64,000 nucleotides of DNA from Alphaproteobacteria bacterium. GTDB lineage: Bacteria > Pseudomonadota > Alphaproteobacteria > Bin95. The notes beneath the pieces were generated by a model that was given only the letters and a program-made list of their open reading frames with translations, was not told where the DNA came from and ran no database searches. Position numbers and translations under genes: made by a program. Each line of letters opens with the position of its first letter. Position 1 is the first letter of the stretch. The DNA lies in contig CBDBGH010000003.1 of the NCBI GenBank assembly GCA_965205265.1, forward strand, positions 4,800,001 to 4,864,000, read 5' to 3'. Below, piece after piece: positions 40,344 to 51,322 of the stretch.

Positions 40344-43164
40344 ATGGAATGGTTCAACGGGGACCTCGCGGTCCTGCTGGCTATCAACGCAGTCATCCTG
40401 ATGGCGGTGCTGTTCGCCGTGAGGTGGCTGTCCGGTGTGTCTCTCGGCAAGGGAACGGTGGCCGAGCTGGCACAGAAGGACAATGTGGCCTTCGGCATCT
40501 TCCTTGCCGCCTCGGTGCTGGCCATGGGCATCATGCTGAGCGGCGTGGCGGGCGGAGGCTTCGCCTCGACGCCCGGCGAGGAAGCGGCGGTGGTGGCCTC
40601 CTATGTGGCGGCGGGTCTGGCGATGATGGGGCTTACCCGGTTCATCTTCGACCGGGTGGCGCTTTCGAACGTGTCGATCGGGTCCGAGGTGATCGGCGGG
40701 AACCGGGCGGTCGCCATTGTCGACGGCGGCAACCTCGTGGCCACTGCCGTGATGGTGCGGGCTGTCATGGACTGGACCGGGGGCTCGCTGGTCGCCGGGC
40801 TGATCGGACTGGCCGTCGGCTATGTCGGGATCCAAGTGCTGCTGACGGCGGTGATGTCCTACCGGGTGCACCTGTTCGCCCGGCGCAATGAGGGGAAGTG
40901 CGCCAGGCTAACTGGTGCCAGTGTAGCCGGTGAAAGTCCGGCAGGAAGGAGAAGGTGAGCCACCACTTCCACCCCGAGTCATGGGCCGTCGCTCGCGAGG
41001 GCGGGGGTCAAGCGTTGACAGGGGCGCGTGCGGACAGGGCTATCGAGCACCGAAAGATCCTTAGTCCGGGATGCCGAGACCTTTTCCTCGGTCGAAGGCA
41101 GCATCCGACCCACCGTTATGGCGAGGGGGGTCGGAGTCCCGCGGTGTCCAAGAACCCATGCACGTACGTAAGCACTGCACCGGGACCTGGGAGGTCTCCA
41201 TGCCATCCCGCTGTCGTGGCAGGATCGCAAAGGAAAGGAGTAGTCCGTAACCGATGATGAACGGCATGGAGAAGTCAGACTCGGCCATAGTAGCCGTGAA
41301 GCCGGCGAACAAAGGGGCGTCAGCCTCGGCGGAGCCGGTGGAGCCAAGGGCCGAGCCCAAGGGGAATCCGGAAGGCCAAAGCACGCGCCGGACGCAGAAC
41401 CGGGAAAGCGTGTCACAGGCGGCCGACCGGATACGGCAGTTTGTACAAAGGGAACGCAAGGTGCGTCTCACGACGCTCCTTCACCATGTCACGGTCGATG
41501 CGCTTCGCTGGGCGTTCTTCGAGCTAAAGAAGAACGCGGCGGCGGGCGCGGATGGCATGACGTGGCGGATGTACGGGAAGGAACTGGAAGGCCGCTTGGC
41601 CGACCTGCACGACCGCGTGCATTCGGGAGCGTACCGGGCGACGCCATCGCGACGGGTGAACATCCCGAAGCCGGATGGCGGTACACGACCGCTCGGCGTC
41701 GCGGCCATCGAGGACAAGATCGTCCAGAAGGTCGTGGCGGAGATAATCCTGACGCCGATCTACGAGGCGGAGTTCCTGGGGTTCAGCTACGGGTTCCGGC
41801 CCGGTCGTGGGGCGCACAATGCGCTCGATGCGATCGCGGTCGGCATCGACAAGTTCAAGATCAACTGGGTGGTCGATTGCGACATCCGCAAATTCTTCGA
41901 CACGGTGTCGAGGGACTGGCTGGTCCGGTTCCTTGAACACCGCATCGCGGACAAGCGGGTCATCAGGCTGATCATCAAGTGGCTGAACGCCGGCGTCATG
42001 GAAGATGGAGAGAGGCGGGACGACCTGCGGGGGACCCCGCAGGGATCGGTGATTTCGCCGATCCTGGCGAACGTCTACCTGCATTACGTCCTCGATCTCT
42101 GGTTCCATAAGAAGTGGCGCAGCCACGAGGTCTACGGCGACGCGATCATCGTGCGGTACGCCGACGACTTCGTGGTTGGTTTCCAGCACAAGCAGGACGC
42201 GGAGCGATTTCTGGATGCCCTGAAGGAGCGGTTCGGAAGCTTCGAACTGGAACTGCATCCCGACAAGACCCGGCTCATCGAGTTCGGGCGATTTGCCCCT
42301 AGAAACCGTCGGCGACGAGGGCAGGGCAAACCGGAGACTTTCGACTTTCTGGGCTTCACGCACTACTGCACGGAGACCAGAGGCGGGCGTTTCCAGTTGG
42401 GGCGCAAGCCGGTTGCGGAGCGGATGGCCCGCACACTGAAGCGGATAAAGGAAGCGCTATGCAGCCGAATGCATGACAACGCCGAAGAAACGGCGAGGTG
42501 GCTGGGCAAGGTGCTTGACGGATGGCTGAACTACTTTGCCGTCCCGATGAGCCACCGATACCTGAGCCGCTTCGCCTCGCGCCTGAAGCGGATGTGGATC
42601 GCGATCACGCGCCGCAGATCGCAACGGGACCGCTTCGGCTGGGCACAGGTCGACAAGTTGACGACCAAGTACTGGCCCAAGGTGGAAATCCGGCACCCGT
42701 GGCCGAACCGACGACTTGCCGTCAGCGTGTATGGGAACAGCGCAACCCGAGGGAGGAGCCGGATGCCTTAGCGGGCACGTCCGGATCTGTGCGGGGGGCG
42801 CCGGGCAACCGGCGTCCCTACCGCGATGAGCTTCCGCGAGGCGGTGGCCGACGGCAATACGGCGCTTGCGGTGCGCTTTGCCGGGTTCCTGCTCGGCATG
42901 GCGCTGGCGGCGACGGCGGCTTCCGGCATCCAGGCCTACGACCCGGCCGGGAGTCCCGTGCTCCAGGCCCTGGACTGGACCTTCTATGCCGCGCTCGCGA
43001 TGATCGGCGCAGGAGTCCTGACGTGGGTAGCCGAGAAGGCGGTGCTGCGCGGGATCGACGTCTCGCGGGAGGTCGACCGGGAGCGCAATGTGGGAGTCGG
43101 CCTTGTCGAGGCCGCCATCTATGCCGCGATCGGCCTCATGGCGACGGCCCTGATCGGGAGCTGA
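40344..43164 (+). CDS. DUF350 (YjfL-like) membrane protein split by a group II intron (exons 40344-40897 and 42828-43164, ~296 aa)
   Basis: ELAQKDNVAFG, EV.GGNRAVA, EVDRERNVGVG repeats; splicing restores ..NEGK|SFREAV.. Confidence 0.85.
40898..42827 (+). mobile_element. Group II intron, copy 2
   Basis: Same sequence and ORF track as 8993-10922. Confidence 0.95.
41254..42771 (+). CDS. ltrA: Group II intron RT/maturase
   Basis: Translation identical to 9349-10866; YADD. Confidence 0.96.
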   Translation: MMNGMEKSDSAIVAVKPANKGASASAEPVEPRAEPKGNPEGQSTRRTQNRESVSQAADRIRQFVQRERKVRLTTLLHHVTVDALRWAFFELKKNAAAGADGMTWRMYGKELEGRLADLHDRVHSGAYRATPSRRVNIPKPDGGTRPLGVAAIEDKIVQKVVAEIILTPIYEAEFLGFSYGFRPGRGAHNALDAIAVGIDKFKINWVVDCDIRKFFDTVSRDWLVRFLEHRIADKRVIRLIIKWLNAGVMEDGERRDDLRGTPQGSVISPILANVYLHYVLDLWFHKKWRSHEVYGDAIIVRYADDFVVGFQHKQDAERFLDALKERFGSFELELHPDKTRLIEFGRFAPRNRRRRGQGKPETFDFLGFTHYCTETRGGRFQLGRKPVAERMARTLKRIKEALCSRMHDNAEETARWLGKVLDGWLNYFAVPMSHRYLSRFASRLKRMWIAITRRRSQRDRFGWAQVDKLTTKYWPKVEIRHPWPNRRLAVSVYGNSATRGRSRMP

Positions 43165-43168
43165 CCGG

Positions 43169-44905
43169 GTGGAGGCGGTCCTGTTGGCGGGGCGGACCGG
43201 CGCAAAAAGGCGCTGGGTCGACGACGCCTGGGTGATCGTGATGACCGGCACGCTGGCCGGCTGCGGACTGGTTTACGAGTATCTGCTGGCCAGTGCCGCC
43301 GGCCGGATGCTGGGAGCTATCGAGACGGTCATCTACGCCATGATCGGCGTGATGATCGTCTCGATGGGGGCGGGGGCATTCTGCGCCCGCCTCGTGCGGC
43401 GCCCCTTCACCGGCTTTGCCTGGCTCGAGGGAAGCATCGCCGTGCTCGGCGGGGCCTCCGTGCTCCTGATGGGAGCGATTACGGCCGGGGTGAGCGTGTT
43501 GCCGCAGGCCATCGCGACGGCGTACGGGCTGCCGCCGGATCTGGCGCCGACAGGGGCGGTGGTGGCCGGATTGCAGGGCGCGGCGGAATTCGCGCCCTAT
43601 GTCCTCGGGGCACTGCTGGGATTCCTGGTCGGCATGGAAATCCCGCTTCTGGCCAGGGTTCGCCAGAGCTTCCATGCGGGCACGCTCGAGCATAATACCG
43701 GAACCATCTACGGGGCGGACTATGTCGGGGCCGGCGTGGGGGCCGCGCTGTGGATCGCGGTCATGCTTTCCATGGACCCCGTAGAGGCGGCGTGGATGAC
43801 GGCCGCCGTCAATCTCGGTGTCGGAACCATGTTCCTGCTGCGCTTCCGGACGTGGATGGGACGGGCATTCCCGGCCTTGCTGGGGCTTCACCTGATCGCG
43901 GCGCTCGGGCTCGCCGGCGTGGCCCGGGAGGGACCCGGCTGGGCGCGGGCGATGGAGGACATGCTCTACGCGGACCGTGTCGTGCATGCCTTCAACACCG
44001 AGCACCAGCGCGTGGCGGTTACCCGCCGGGCGGTGCATGCCGAGGCCCCGCCCGTGCATACGCTCTATCTGAACGGACGCCTGCAGTTCTCGTCGGACGA
44101 CGAGTATATCTACCACTCCTTCCTGACCTTCCCGGTACTGGCGGCGGCGCCCCGGCGCGAGCATGTGCTGGTCGTCGGCGGCGGCGACGGTCTCGCCGTG
44201 CGCGATATCCTGCGGTGGGATCCGCAATCGGTGACGCTGCTCGAGCTGGATCCCGAGGTCGTCGGGTTTTTCTCGGAGCCCCGGCTTGTCGGCGACAGGT
44301 TCGTGAACCGGGACCTGCTCGACCTGAACGGGCTGGCGTTCGCGGACCCGCGGGTGGAGGTGCGGTTCGGCGACGCCTACCTGGCGGCCGACGACCTGCT
44401 GCGCGAGGGACGCCGGTTCGATGCCGTGATCGTCGACCTGCCGGATCCGGGGCATCCCGACATCGCCCGCCTCTACAGCGTGCGGTTCTACACGAAGCTG
44501 CGCCTGCTGCTTTCGGCGGACGGGGTTCTGGGCGTGCAGTCAACCTCGCCCTACATGGCGCGGGAGGCCTTTCTGACGATCGGACAGACGGTCCGGGCCG
44601 CGGGCTTTGCCGGGGTGGACCAGTACATGGCGAACGTCCCGAGCATGGGACAGTGGGGCTGGACGGCGGCGGTGCTGGCCGGGCCGTCGGCGCGTGAGCG
44701 CCTGGGGCGCCTGGAAGTCCTGCCGCATGATGACGGTTTCATGACCCGTGGCCTGCTGCTTGGGGCCTTTGCGTTTCCGAAGGGGTTTTTCCGGGACCGC
44801 GAGGCGCTGCGGGCGAGCCGCCTCCATGACCCCTCGGTCTATACGCATTATCGTCGGGCCTGGCGCGAGGTGGCCGGGATCGCCGGTGCTGCCGGGGGAC
44901 GATAG
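43169..44905 (+). CDS. speE: Membrane-anchored polyamine aminopropyltransferase (spermidine synthase family)
   Basis: N-terminal TMs (GLVYEY, GMEIP, DYVG); LYLNGRLQFSS.DEYIYH, VLVVGGGDG, IVDLPDP, YMANVPSMG.WG. Confidence 0.9.
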   Translation: MEAVLLAGRTGAKRRWVDDAWVIVMTGTLAGCGLVYEYLLASAAGRMLGAIETVIYAMIGVMIVSMGAGAFCARLVRRPFTGFAWLEGSIAVLGGASVLLMGAITAGVSVLPQAIATAYGLPPDLAPTGAVVAGLQGAAEFAPYVLGALLGFLVGMEIPLLARVRQSFHAGTLEHNTGTIYGADYVGAGVGAALWIAVMLSMDPVEAAWMTAAVNLGVGTMFLLRFRTWMGRAFPALLGLHLIAALGLAGVAREGPGWARAMEDMLYADRVVHAFNTEHQRVAVTRRAVHAEAPPVHTLYLNGRLQFSSDDEYIYHSFLTFPVLAAAPRREHVLVVGGGDGLAVRDILRWDPQSVTLLELDPEVVGFFSEPRLVGDRFVNRDLLDLNGLAFADPRVEVRFGDAYLAADDLLREGRRFDAVIVDLPDPGHPDIARLYSVRFYTKLRLLLSADGVLGVQSTSPYMAREAFLTIGQTVRAAGFAGVDQYMANVPSMGQWGWTAAVLAGPSARERLGRLEVLPHDDGFMTRGLLLGAFAFPKGFFRDREALRASRLHDPSVYTHYRRAWREVAGIAGAAGGR

Positions 44906-45322
44906 GGGAACCGGGACAGGGAGAGTAAGGGGAAGTCGGCCATGGTGGCGTTCGCGTATTTGTCGGCCGCGCTGTTGCTGGCGGCCTTGTTTGCGGTGGC
45001 GCAGAACGATTCCGGTTCGCCGGAAGCGGATTTCGCGACGGCCCTGATGAAATTGACGCCGATTCTGTCGGTAGTCGTGTTTCTGGCCGGGCTGGGCGCG
45101 GCTCGGCTGTGGCGAGAAAAGCTATGGGTGGCATGCGTCGGAATTGGCGGAGGTTCGCTCGTCGCGCTCCTGCTGGTCCTGGCTCCTTGTGCAGCCCCCT
45201 GTGCAACCAGGGACCGATGTGCCCGAACAGTCAGGCGGAGAGCGCAAGAACGAGTGGCGCTGAAGGTCATGAGTGGTGGAAAGTCGCCATCCAACACGCT
45301 TGCAGGGAGAGAGGAAACACGC

Positions 45323-46802
45323 ATGCGCACCACAGGAATTGCCGCCACACTGGCGGCCGCGCTCGGTCTTGCGCTGTACGGCTGCGGCGGGGGCGGCGGT
45401 TCGCCTTCAGGCCCCGGACCGCAGCCGCCGCAGGGCACGGGCAGCGGGCCGACAACCCCGCCCCCCTTGTCGGCGGAACGCCTGCCGTTCCCGTTCGAAC
45501 TGGAGGCGTGCGACGGTTTCGTCGACGCCGACTGCACCTACGATCCGCGGGAGCCGCATTTCCTGATTCGGGACCTGCCGGACGCTGATATTGCCGACGC
45601 CCGGCGAAGCCCCGTCACATATGACTGGGCCCGCATTTTCGTCGGGGTCGACCAAGGCACGGAGCATGTCGCCGCGCTGCCCGTGGCGGCGCAGCGCGGC
45701 GACACCGAGATTCGCTTCGGCGACCTCGGCGACGGCATCGGGGCCGCAAGAGTCGGGGAGTACCTGTCTTATGTCGCCCCGGTGCATCATTCCCGACGTC
45801 CGCAGGGTGCGGGTCATCGGCCCGTCCACGCAGGAGGAGCGCAACCGGGTAGTTGCAGCCGTGCGCATGGTTAATGCGGCCCTCCCGGAAGCCGCGAAAC
45901 TGGATATCGATCCGGCGCTGCCCGGACTCAGCCTGCAGTCCGGGTCGACGGGCCAGTACGGGTCGTACAGTCCCACCGGCAGAGAATTGCCGAACACGAT
46001 CCATATCGAATTTCTCGATGGCGGCAGTCCGGGAGGCGAAGCCGCGTGGACCCTGGATTTCGGCTATGTGACGATCTTCAACCGGGCAGGTCTGCGTGAG
46101 CGTGAAATGGTCCTCATCCTCGTGCATGAGATCATGCACACACGAGGATTCGACGGGCATGTCCCCGACACCTTCCGGTCGAACATGACATCGGTGCTGA
46201 AGCCGGTCCTGCCGGAAGACCGCCCCTGGCCGCCGATGTCCGGGCTCTGGCCGGCTGACCGGGAAGCGCTCAGGGTGCTCTACGGCTCCGACCCGGTGGA
46301 TTTCGGTCCCTGGTCTTCCACGTCGCTTCATATCCACGGCAATGCGCCGCATACAGGCTTCGGGGTGGCGTTTCGGAACGGCTATGCCGAGCCCTGGGCC
46401 TACGGGCGCCGCCCGTCCGGCGGCCTCGAGAGCAATGACGCGCTCGGTGGCAGCGCGACGTGGACCGGCCATCTGGTCGGCTTCACGCCGGACGCCGAAG
46501 CCGTCATGGGCGATGCGGCGCTGACCGTCGATATCGCGGTGCTGACCGGCACGGCGGCCTTCACCGGCCTGGAGCATTGGGACGCCCGGCAGAAGCCCGG
46601 AGAGGCGGGGTCAGGAACCGTATGGGGAGACGGCGACCTGCGCTATGCGATCGAGGCCATCGGGCAGACCTTCCGTGAGACGGGCGCGAGCGAGGACGCC
46701 GGGCGGCTGACGGGAGTGTTTACCGGTCCGGCGCATGAAGGGGCGGCCGGGACCCTGGAGCGGCCCGATCTCACTGCGGCGTTCGGCGCTGCCCGGCAAT
46801 AG
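45323..46802 (+). pseudogene. Lipoprotein with zincin HExxH and C-terminal beta-barrel-like domain; frameshift near 45790
   Basis: Lipobox LYGC-GGGG; HEIMH..GF.GH; C-terminal GAAGTLER.DL.AAFGA. Confidence 0.6.
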
Positions 46803-46994
46803 GCGCTATGCCCATGCTGTAACCGATGACGATCTCTTGAAACCTGCGGCCCGGTGGCAGTGCTTGCCGCCGGGCCTTTTGCGTCGGCGCAAAGCGCCCC
46901 GGCACCACAACGCAAATATCCGGGAATCCCCATTTTTCACGTTTCCGGCGGATTCATGTGAGGGCAGCATCTCTATCATGGTGAGCCTCTGCTG

Positions 46995-48404
46995 TTGCGG
47001 TCGGAGGCCTTCAGCATGTCTTTGGAGGGACTGAGTCGCAGGACTGCCGCGCCGCCTGTCTGGGCGGGACGGTTTCTTGGGCTGTTGGCAGGCGCTATGC
47101 TGTCGGGACGGTTTTCAGGGGAAGGCCGGCCTGATCGATGTTCCGGATATTCCTGGTATCCTGCGGCGCGGGGAGGCTCAAGCGTCTGTGTCCGGAGGAC
47201 CGCGTCGGCGGTCGTCGAACTGGCAAGACGAGGGCCGCGAGGGGCGGCAGGACTGCTCGGGGTGATGCTGCTTTCTCTCGTCGCCCTTATGATTGCTTCA
47301 TCTGTCGTCGTGTTCAAGGAACATAAGCTCGGTTGGGATCGGTACCGCGCGGCGGGACAGATCTGGGGAGAATGGGTGCTGGCGCTTCCGAGGGCGCCCA
47401 ACGCCATTCCCGCGGCGTGGGCCGGGGGAGACACGTCGGCAGTTCAGGCCGATCTTTATGGCGGGATCGCCGATACCCTGCCGGTCTCGGGTCTCGGGGC
47501 CGACACCGGACTTGTTTACGGTATTCCCGTGGCCGATGAGGCAATGCATTTCACCTATGTCGACGTGCCGTCCATTCCCGGCGAGACCTGCCCGCCGCCG
47601 GCGGGTTCCACGTATATCTGCGAACGGGTGGCGGCCGCGATGCTGAGGCCGGAATCGCGGTCCCGGCTGGATGCTGTCCGGCGCGGCGTGGTGGACAGCG
47701 GCCTTTCCACTGTCGCGATTTTCGACGGAACCCTGGGAACGCTGGTGGGGGCGGACGGGATTACCGCGTTCGAGACGGAGATGGCGGGTCGTCTGCCGGC
47801 TTCCTGGGCAGGATTCCGGGACGGAGATCTGGTCGCGGTTGCCCATGTCTCGGTGCCGCGGAATGAGCGGGCGCTGCACCATACGCCACCGCCCGGCCGT
47901 CCGGACCTGGCCAGGATGCGGACCGATCTGGACATGGGAACCCAGGAGCTGGTCGTCGAGGGAGACCGGGTGGAGGCGGTCGGGGCCCGTCTGGGTAATG
48001 TCGGTGTGACGTTCGAGCCGTCGTCATCGTCGACTGCCGACGATCCCGAGGCTGCCGTGAGGGCGGATCTCGTTGTCGCGGGGAGCCTGAGCCTGACGGC
48101 TCCCGGTCTGGCCCGCGCTCATGAAGTCGGGAGGCGGGACGGCATTTTCGTGCCCGGGAACGAGGGACTGCGGATTACCGGAAACGGCACCTTCGCCACT
48201 GCCGAGACCCAGTGCCTTCTGGTGGAAGCCGGCGAGCGTTGTGTGACGACGGGTCATGTCGATGTGCAGAGTATTGAAATAGACCGGGATCTGACGGTGC
48301 TGCAGGAACCGGTGGGGAGTGGAGGATCGGGTGTTCACGCGGGGTCGTTGCACGCAACGACGCTCACGATCACGGGCCGTTGCAATGGCTGCGACAACTG
48401 GTAA
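46995..48404 (+). CDS. PilV-like type IVb pilus protein (true start probably near 47200)
   Basis: RG + hydrophobic helix; LH..PPPGRPDLARMRTDLDMG resembles the PilV constant-region end; Cys at C-terminus. Confidence 0.6.
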   Translation: MRSEAFSMSLEGLSRRTAAPPVWAGRFLGLLAGAMLSGRFSGEGRPDRCSGYSWYPAARGGSSVCVRRTASAVVELARRGPRGAAGLLGVMLLSLVALMIASSVVVFKEHKLGWDRYRAAGQIWGEWVLALPRAPNAIPAAWAGGDTSAVQADLYGGIADTLPVSGLGADTGLVYGIPVADEAMHFTYVDVPSIPGETCPPPAGSTYICERVAAAMLRPESRSRLDAVRRGVVDSGLSTVAIFDGTLGTLVGADGITAFETEMAGRLPASWAGFRDGDLVAVAHVSVPRNERALHHTPPPGRPDLARMRTDLDMGTQELVVEGDRVEAVGARLGNVGVTFEPSSSSTADDPEAAVRADLVVAGSLSLTAPGLARAHEVGRRDGIFVPGNEGLRITGNGTFATAETQCLLVEAGERCVTTGHVDVQSIEIDRDLTVLQEPVGSGGSGVHAGSLHATTLTITGRCNGCDNW

Positions 48405-49530
48405 TTCGGCGAACCGGCGTCTCGGCCAGCGTCTGCGATGCCGGACGCGGCGAGGGTCCGCCCTCCTGGAGACGGCGCTCACCCTAGTGCTTCTGGGCCT
48501 CGCGGCAATGGGTGTCTCGGTCTGGCTCGATGCGGAGCGGACCGAAGGGCGCGCGCGGGATTCCGGGAGGGCGATAGCGGTGTTGGCCAATGCAGCCCGG
48601 CACCATGTGCAGGCCGACTACGAGGGGCTCATCGCCTCGGCGACCCCGGAGACTCTCGACGCCCGCGGGGACTTCACGGACGAGGATATCCTGCCGGAGA
48701 ACTTCGTGTTCTCGGACGGCATGAAGCGGGACCTCAAGGTGCTGGTGCTGCCGTCGTCGAACGGTGTCCGGGTGCTGTCGGGGCAGTTCCCGGACTCAGG
48801 CGACGGACGACCGGCCCATGCCGGCATTACGCAGGGCATGGGAGGGCAGCACATGGGGATTGTCGAGAGCGCGCGCTGTCCGTCGGGAGTGACGGCTCCC
48901 TGCCTGATGGGGCCGGGGGTTGCGGAGAGCCTCTCGGATTTCGACAGCGCCCCGGCGTTTGCCGCATCGAGACCGACCGCCGGGGCGCTGATGGTGCTGT
49001 ACGAGTTCAGCCACGATGACTGGTGCGGCGACTTCCTTCACCGAACCGAAACCGCGATCTGCGCCGATGCGAACAGGATGGAACAGACGGTCACGGTCGC
49101 CGGGGCGATTACGAATGTCTCGGTGATCGAGGGTTTCGGGACTGTCACGCTGCATGGCCCGCTGGCTGTCGGGCGAGAGCTTTCCGTGACGGGAACGGTC
49201 TCGAGCGCAACGGCCCGGATGACAGCGGGCAGCGGCCTGGAGGCGGGTACCGCCACTGTTTCCGGATCGTATGGCGCGGGGGCGCTGAATCGGGCATGCC
49301 TGACCCCGGCGACTCACTCCGCCGTCTGCAGCGACAACAGGGTCATTGTCGACCAGACGGTCCTTGGAGGGACCATCAATGTGGATGGCAGGACGACGGC
49401 CCCGTTGCGGGATGCCGATGCGGACATCGGCGATCTCAATGCCGGCTGTATCCAGGTGGACGGCACGGCCAGCGTCGAGGGCCGGGTCCGGGTCGTCAGG
49501 CAGAACATGGCTGCGAAGGGAAGCTGCTAG
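48385..49530 (+). CDS. PilV-like type IVb pilus protein
   Basis: Prepilin RRG-SALLE + TM; AARHHVQADY, ILPENF, FLHR..ANRM; beta-rich tail. Confidence 0.65.
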   Translation: MAATTGNSANRRLGQRLRCRTRRGSALLETALTLVLLGLAAMGVSVWLDAERTEGRARDSGRAIAVLANAARHHVQADYEGLIASATPETLDARGDFTDEDILPENFVFSDGMKRDLKVLVLPSSNGVRVLSGQFPDSGDGRPAHAGITQGMGGQHMGIVESARCPSGVTAPCLMGPGVAESLSDFDSAPAFAASRPTAGALMVLYEFSHDDWCGDFLHRTETAICADANRMEQTVTVAGAITNVSVIEGFGTVTLHGPLAVGRELSVTGTVSSATARMTAGSGLEAGTATVSGSYGAGALNRACLTPATHSAVCSDNRVIVDQTVLGGTINVDGRTTAPLRDADADIGDLNAGCIQVDGTASVEGRVRVVRQNMAAKGSC

Positions 49531-49554
49531 TCCCGCCTGTGCGAAGACGCGACG

Positions 49555-50072
49555 GGGCCTTACAAAGGTAAGTTGACATTGCCGTGTATCGTATCCAGTT
49601 CGGCCGCATGAGCGAGGTCTTCACGCACCGTCAGGTGGTATTCCGGCTTCTGCCGGGCCGCCGGTCCGTTTGGCGGCGTCTGGAGCGGGTTCTGGAGGCG
49701 CAGCGGCAGTTGTACAACGCCGCCCTTCAGGAACGCTGCGACGCCTGGCGTCTGGCCGGGCGGTCGCTCTCCTATATCGACCAGGCGAAGAGCCTGACGG
49801 TGTGCCGCCGGGAGGACCCCGAGATGGCGGCCGTTCCGGTCGCCGTGCAGCGCGGGACGCTGAAGCGCCTGGACGAGGCGATGAAGGGCTTCTTCCGGCG
49901 GGTGAAGGCGGGCCAGAAGCCGGGTTTTCCCCGGTTCCGGTCCCGCCGGCGGTTCGACAGCCTCTCCTTCGTCTCGGGGGTGAGGCTGGAGGACCGGGCC
50001 CGGCCCGGCGCGGACTGCGGGTCCGGCGCGGCCTGCCTGCGCCTTCCGGGTTTCGGCCCGCTTGCGGTCCGC
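49555..50072 (+). mobile_element. 3'-truncated copy of the TnpB element
   Basis: Matches 55744 onward from GGGCCTTACAAAGGTAAGTTGAC to GCGGTCCGC, then diverges. Confidence 0.9.
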
Positions 50073-50077
50073 AGTGA

Positions 50078-51205
50078 ATGATCGTGAAGACCGGCAGAAG
50101 TCCATGCGAGACGGCGGCGGCCGGCCTGGTCGGGCTGGCAATGCTGGTTGCCGGGCCCGCCGGGGCCGGGAACGCGCCGGAGGCCGTGGACTGGCCTCCG
50201 CGCCCGATGAACTATACCTCGCACAGCGAGGCATTCCTGCGCTCCCTGCTGGCGGGCCGGGTCTGGGTGTTCCGGCAGGGGATCGTGAGGCCGGAATACC
50301 GGTCGGTCGCCGCCTATGTCTTCTTCCCGGACGGGCGGCTGTCGAAATGTCTCGGGAAGAAGACGACAACCGGCGTGGAAGGGTGGCGTCCGGTCCGCGG
50401 GGGCCGTTGGTGGGTGGAGCGTCAGTCGATCGGGACCATGTTCGGCCAGGAAGACCGCTCGACGAAGCCGCGGCCCTATACCACGCCGATGTTCTATTTC
50501 CCGGAGACGGGAGCGCTCAATACCGAGACGAATTCCAGGAAGGTGAACGCGGTGGAGAAGCCGACCTGGGTTGTTCTTGCCCAGGGCTGGGTCCAGGAGG
50601 GCTGGCCAGCGGCGTTCACGGGCCCTTGCGCCGGACTGCCCCTGCCGGAGGGCATGGCTGTCGAGGAGCGCCAGACATCGCTCGACTGGGAGGCCATGCG
50701 CAGACAGGCTCCGGACGCCATTGTCCGGCACTTCCCGGGATCGGAACGCACGTCTCCGGGAAGGACGGGCATCGGCCGCAGCGGCGGCGCCCCGGCAGAT
50801 CCGGAGGATATCGAGAGGTGGCTGACCTCCTTGGAGGGGGCGCCCCTCGAGCATGTGTCCGGGCGGACCGTGACAGTCGGGCCGCGCGTGGACGGTGCGC
50901 GCGCCGTCCATCTCCTTGATGAAGGGGGAGAGGCGTACCGGGAAGGCCGGATGTCGTATCTGGCAAGCGGCGATATCGTGATCGAGGTTCCCGGCGCCCG
51001 ATCTGAGCGGATCCCGGCCGGCTATCCGCTTCCCTTCCTGCCGCTGGCCGATCCGGGTGGACGGCAATCATCGGGGATATCCAACGGACAGACCTCCGGA
51101 TCGGCCAGATGCGTCGGGGATTACCAGGGCGTCGCAACCTGGACGACGAGCGCTGACGGCAAGCGGGTATGGGACATCTCCGGCTGCAGGCCGGTCGCCA
51201 ACTGA
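50078..51205 (+). CDS. Secreted hypothetical protein
   Basis: Signal-peptide-like N-terminus; long ORF. Confidence 0.55.
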   Translation: MIVKTGRSPCETAAAGLVGLAMLVAGPAGAGNAPEAVDWPPRPMNYTSHSEAFLRSLLAGRVWVFRQGIVRPEYRSVAAYVFFPDGRLSKCLGKKTTTGVEGWRPVRGGRWWVERQSIGTMFGQEDRSTKPRPYTTPMFYFPETGALNTETNSRKVNAVEKPTWVVLAQGWVQEGWPAAFTGPCAGLPLPEGMAVEERQTSLDWEAMRRQAPDAIVRHFPGSERTSPGRTGIGRSGGAPADPEDIERWLTSLEGAPLEHVSGRTVTVGPRVDGARAVHLLDEGGEAYREGRMSYLASGDIVIEVPGARSERIPAGYPLPFLPLADPGGRQSSGISNGQTSGSARCVGDYQGVATWTTSADGKRVWDISGCRPVAN

Positions 51206-51274
51206 AAACGTGTCCCGGCCGGACCCGTCGGCAACGACCCTTGGGGTTGTGTCGGAGGGGACCGGGCCGGGGTG

Positions 51275-51315
51275 TTGACATGTGGTCCGGGCCGGGCTAG
51301 ATTGTGACATGTCAC
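51275..51315 (+). promoter_or_regulatory. Sigma70-like promoter with a palindromic operator at the start site
   Basis: TTGACA-17-TAGATT followed directly by GTGACATGTCAC. Confidence 0.75.
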
Positions 51316-51322
51316 GAGTGGC

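Noticed and set aside
8993-42827. RT as a retron, DGR or defence RT
   Set aside because: GTGCG start, domains V and VI and two full matching copies identify a group II intron; no template/variable repeat pair was seen.
16690-45800. Phase variation or programmed frameshifts at 16695 (G run), ~22293 (C run) and ~45790
   Set aside because: The runs are short and the assembly shows other error signs, so sequencing indels are the simpler explanation.
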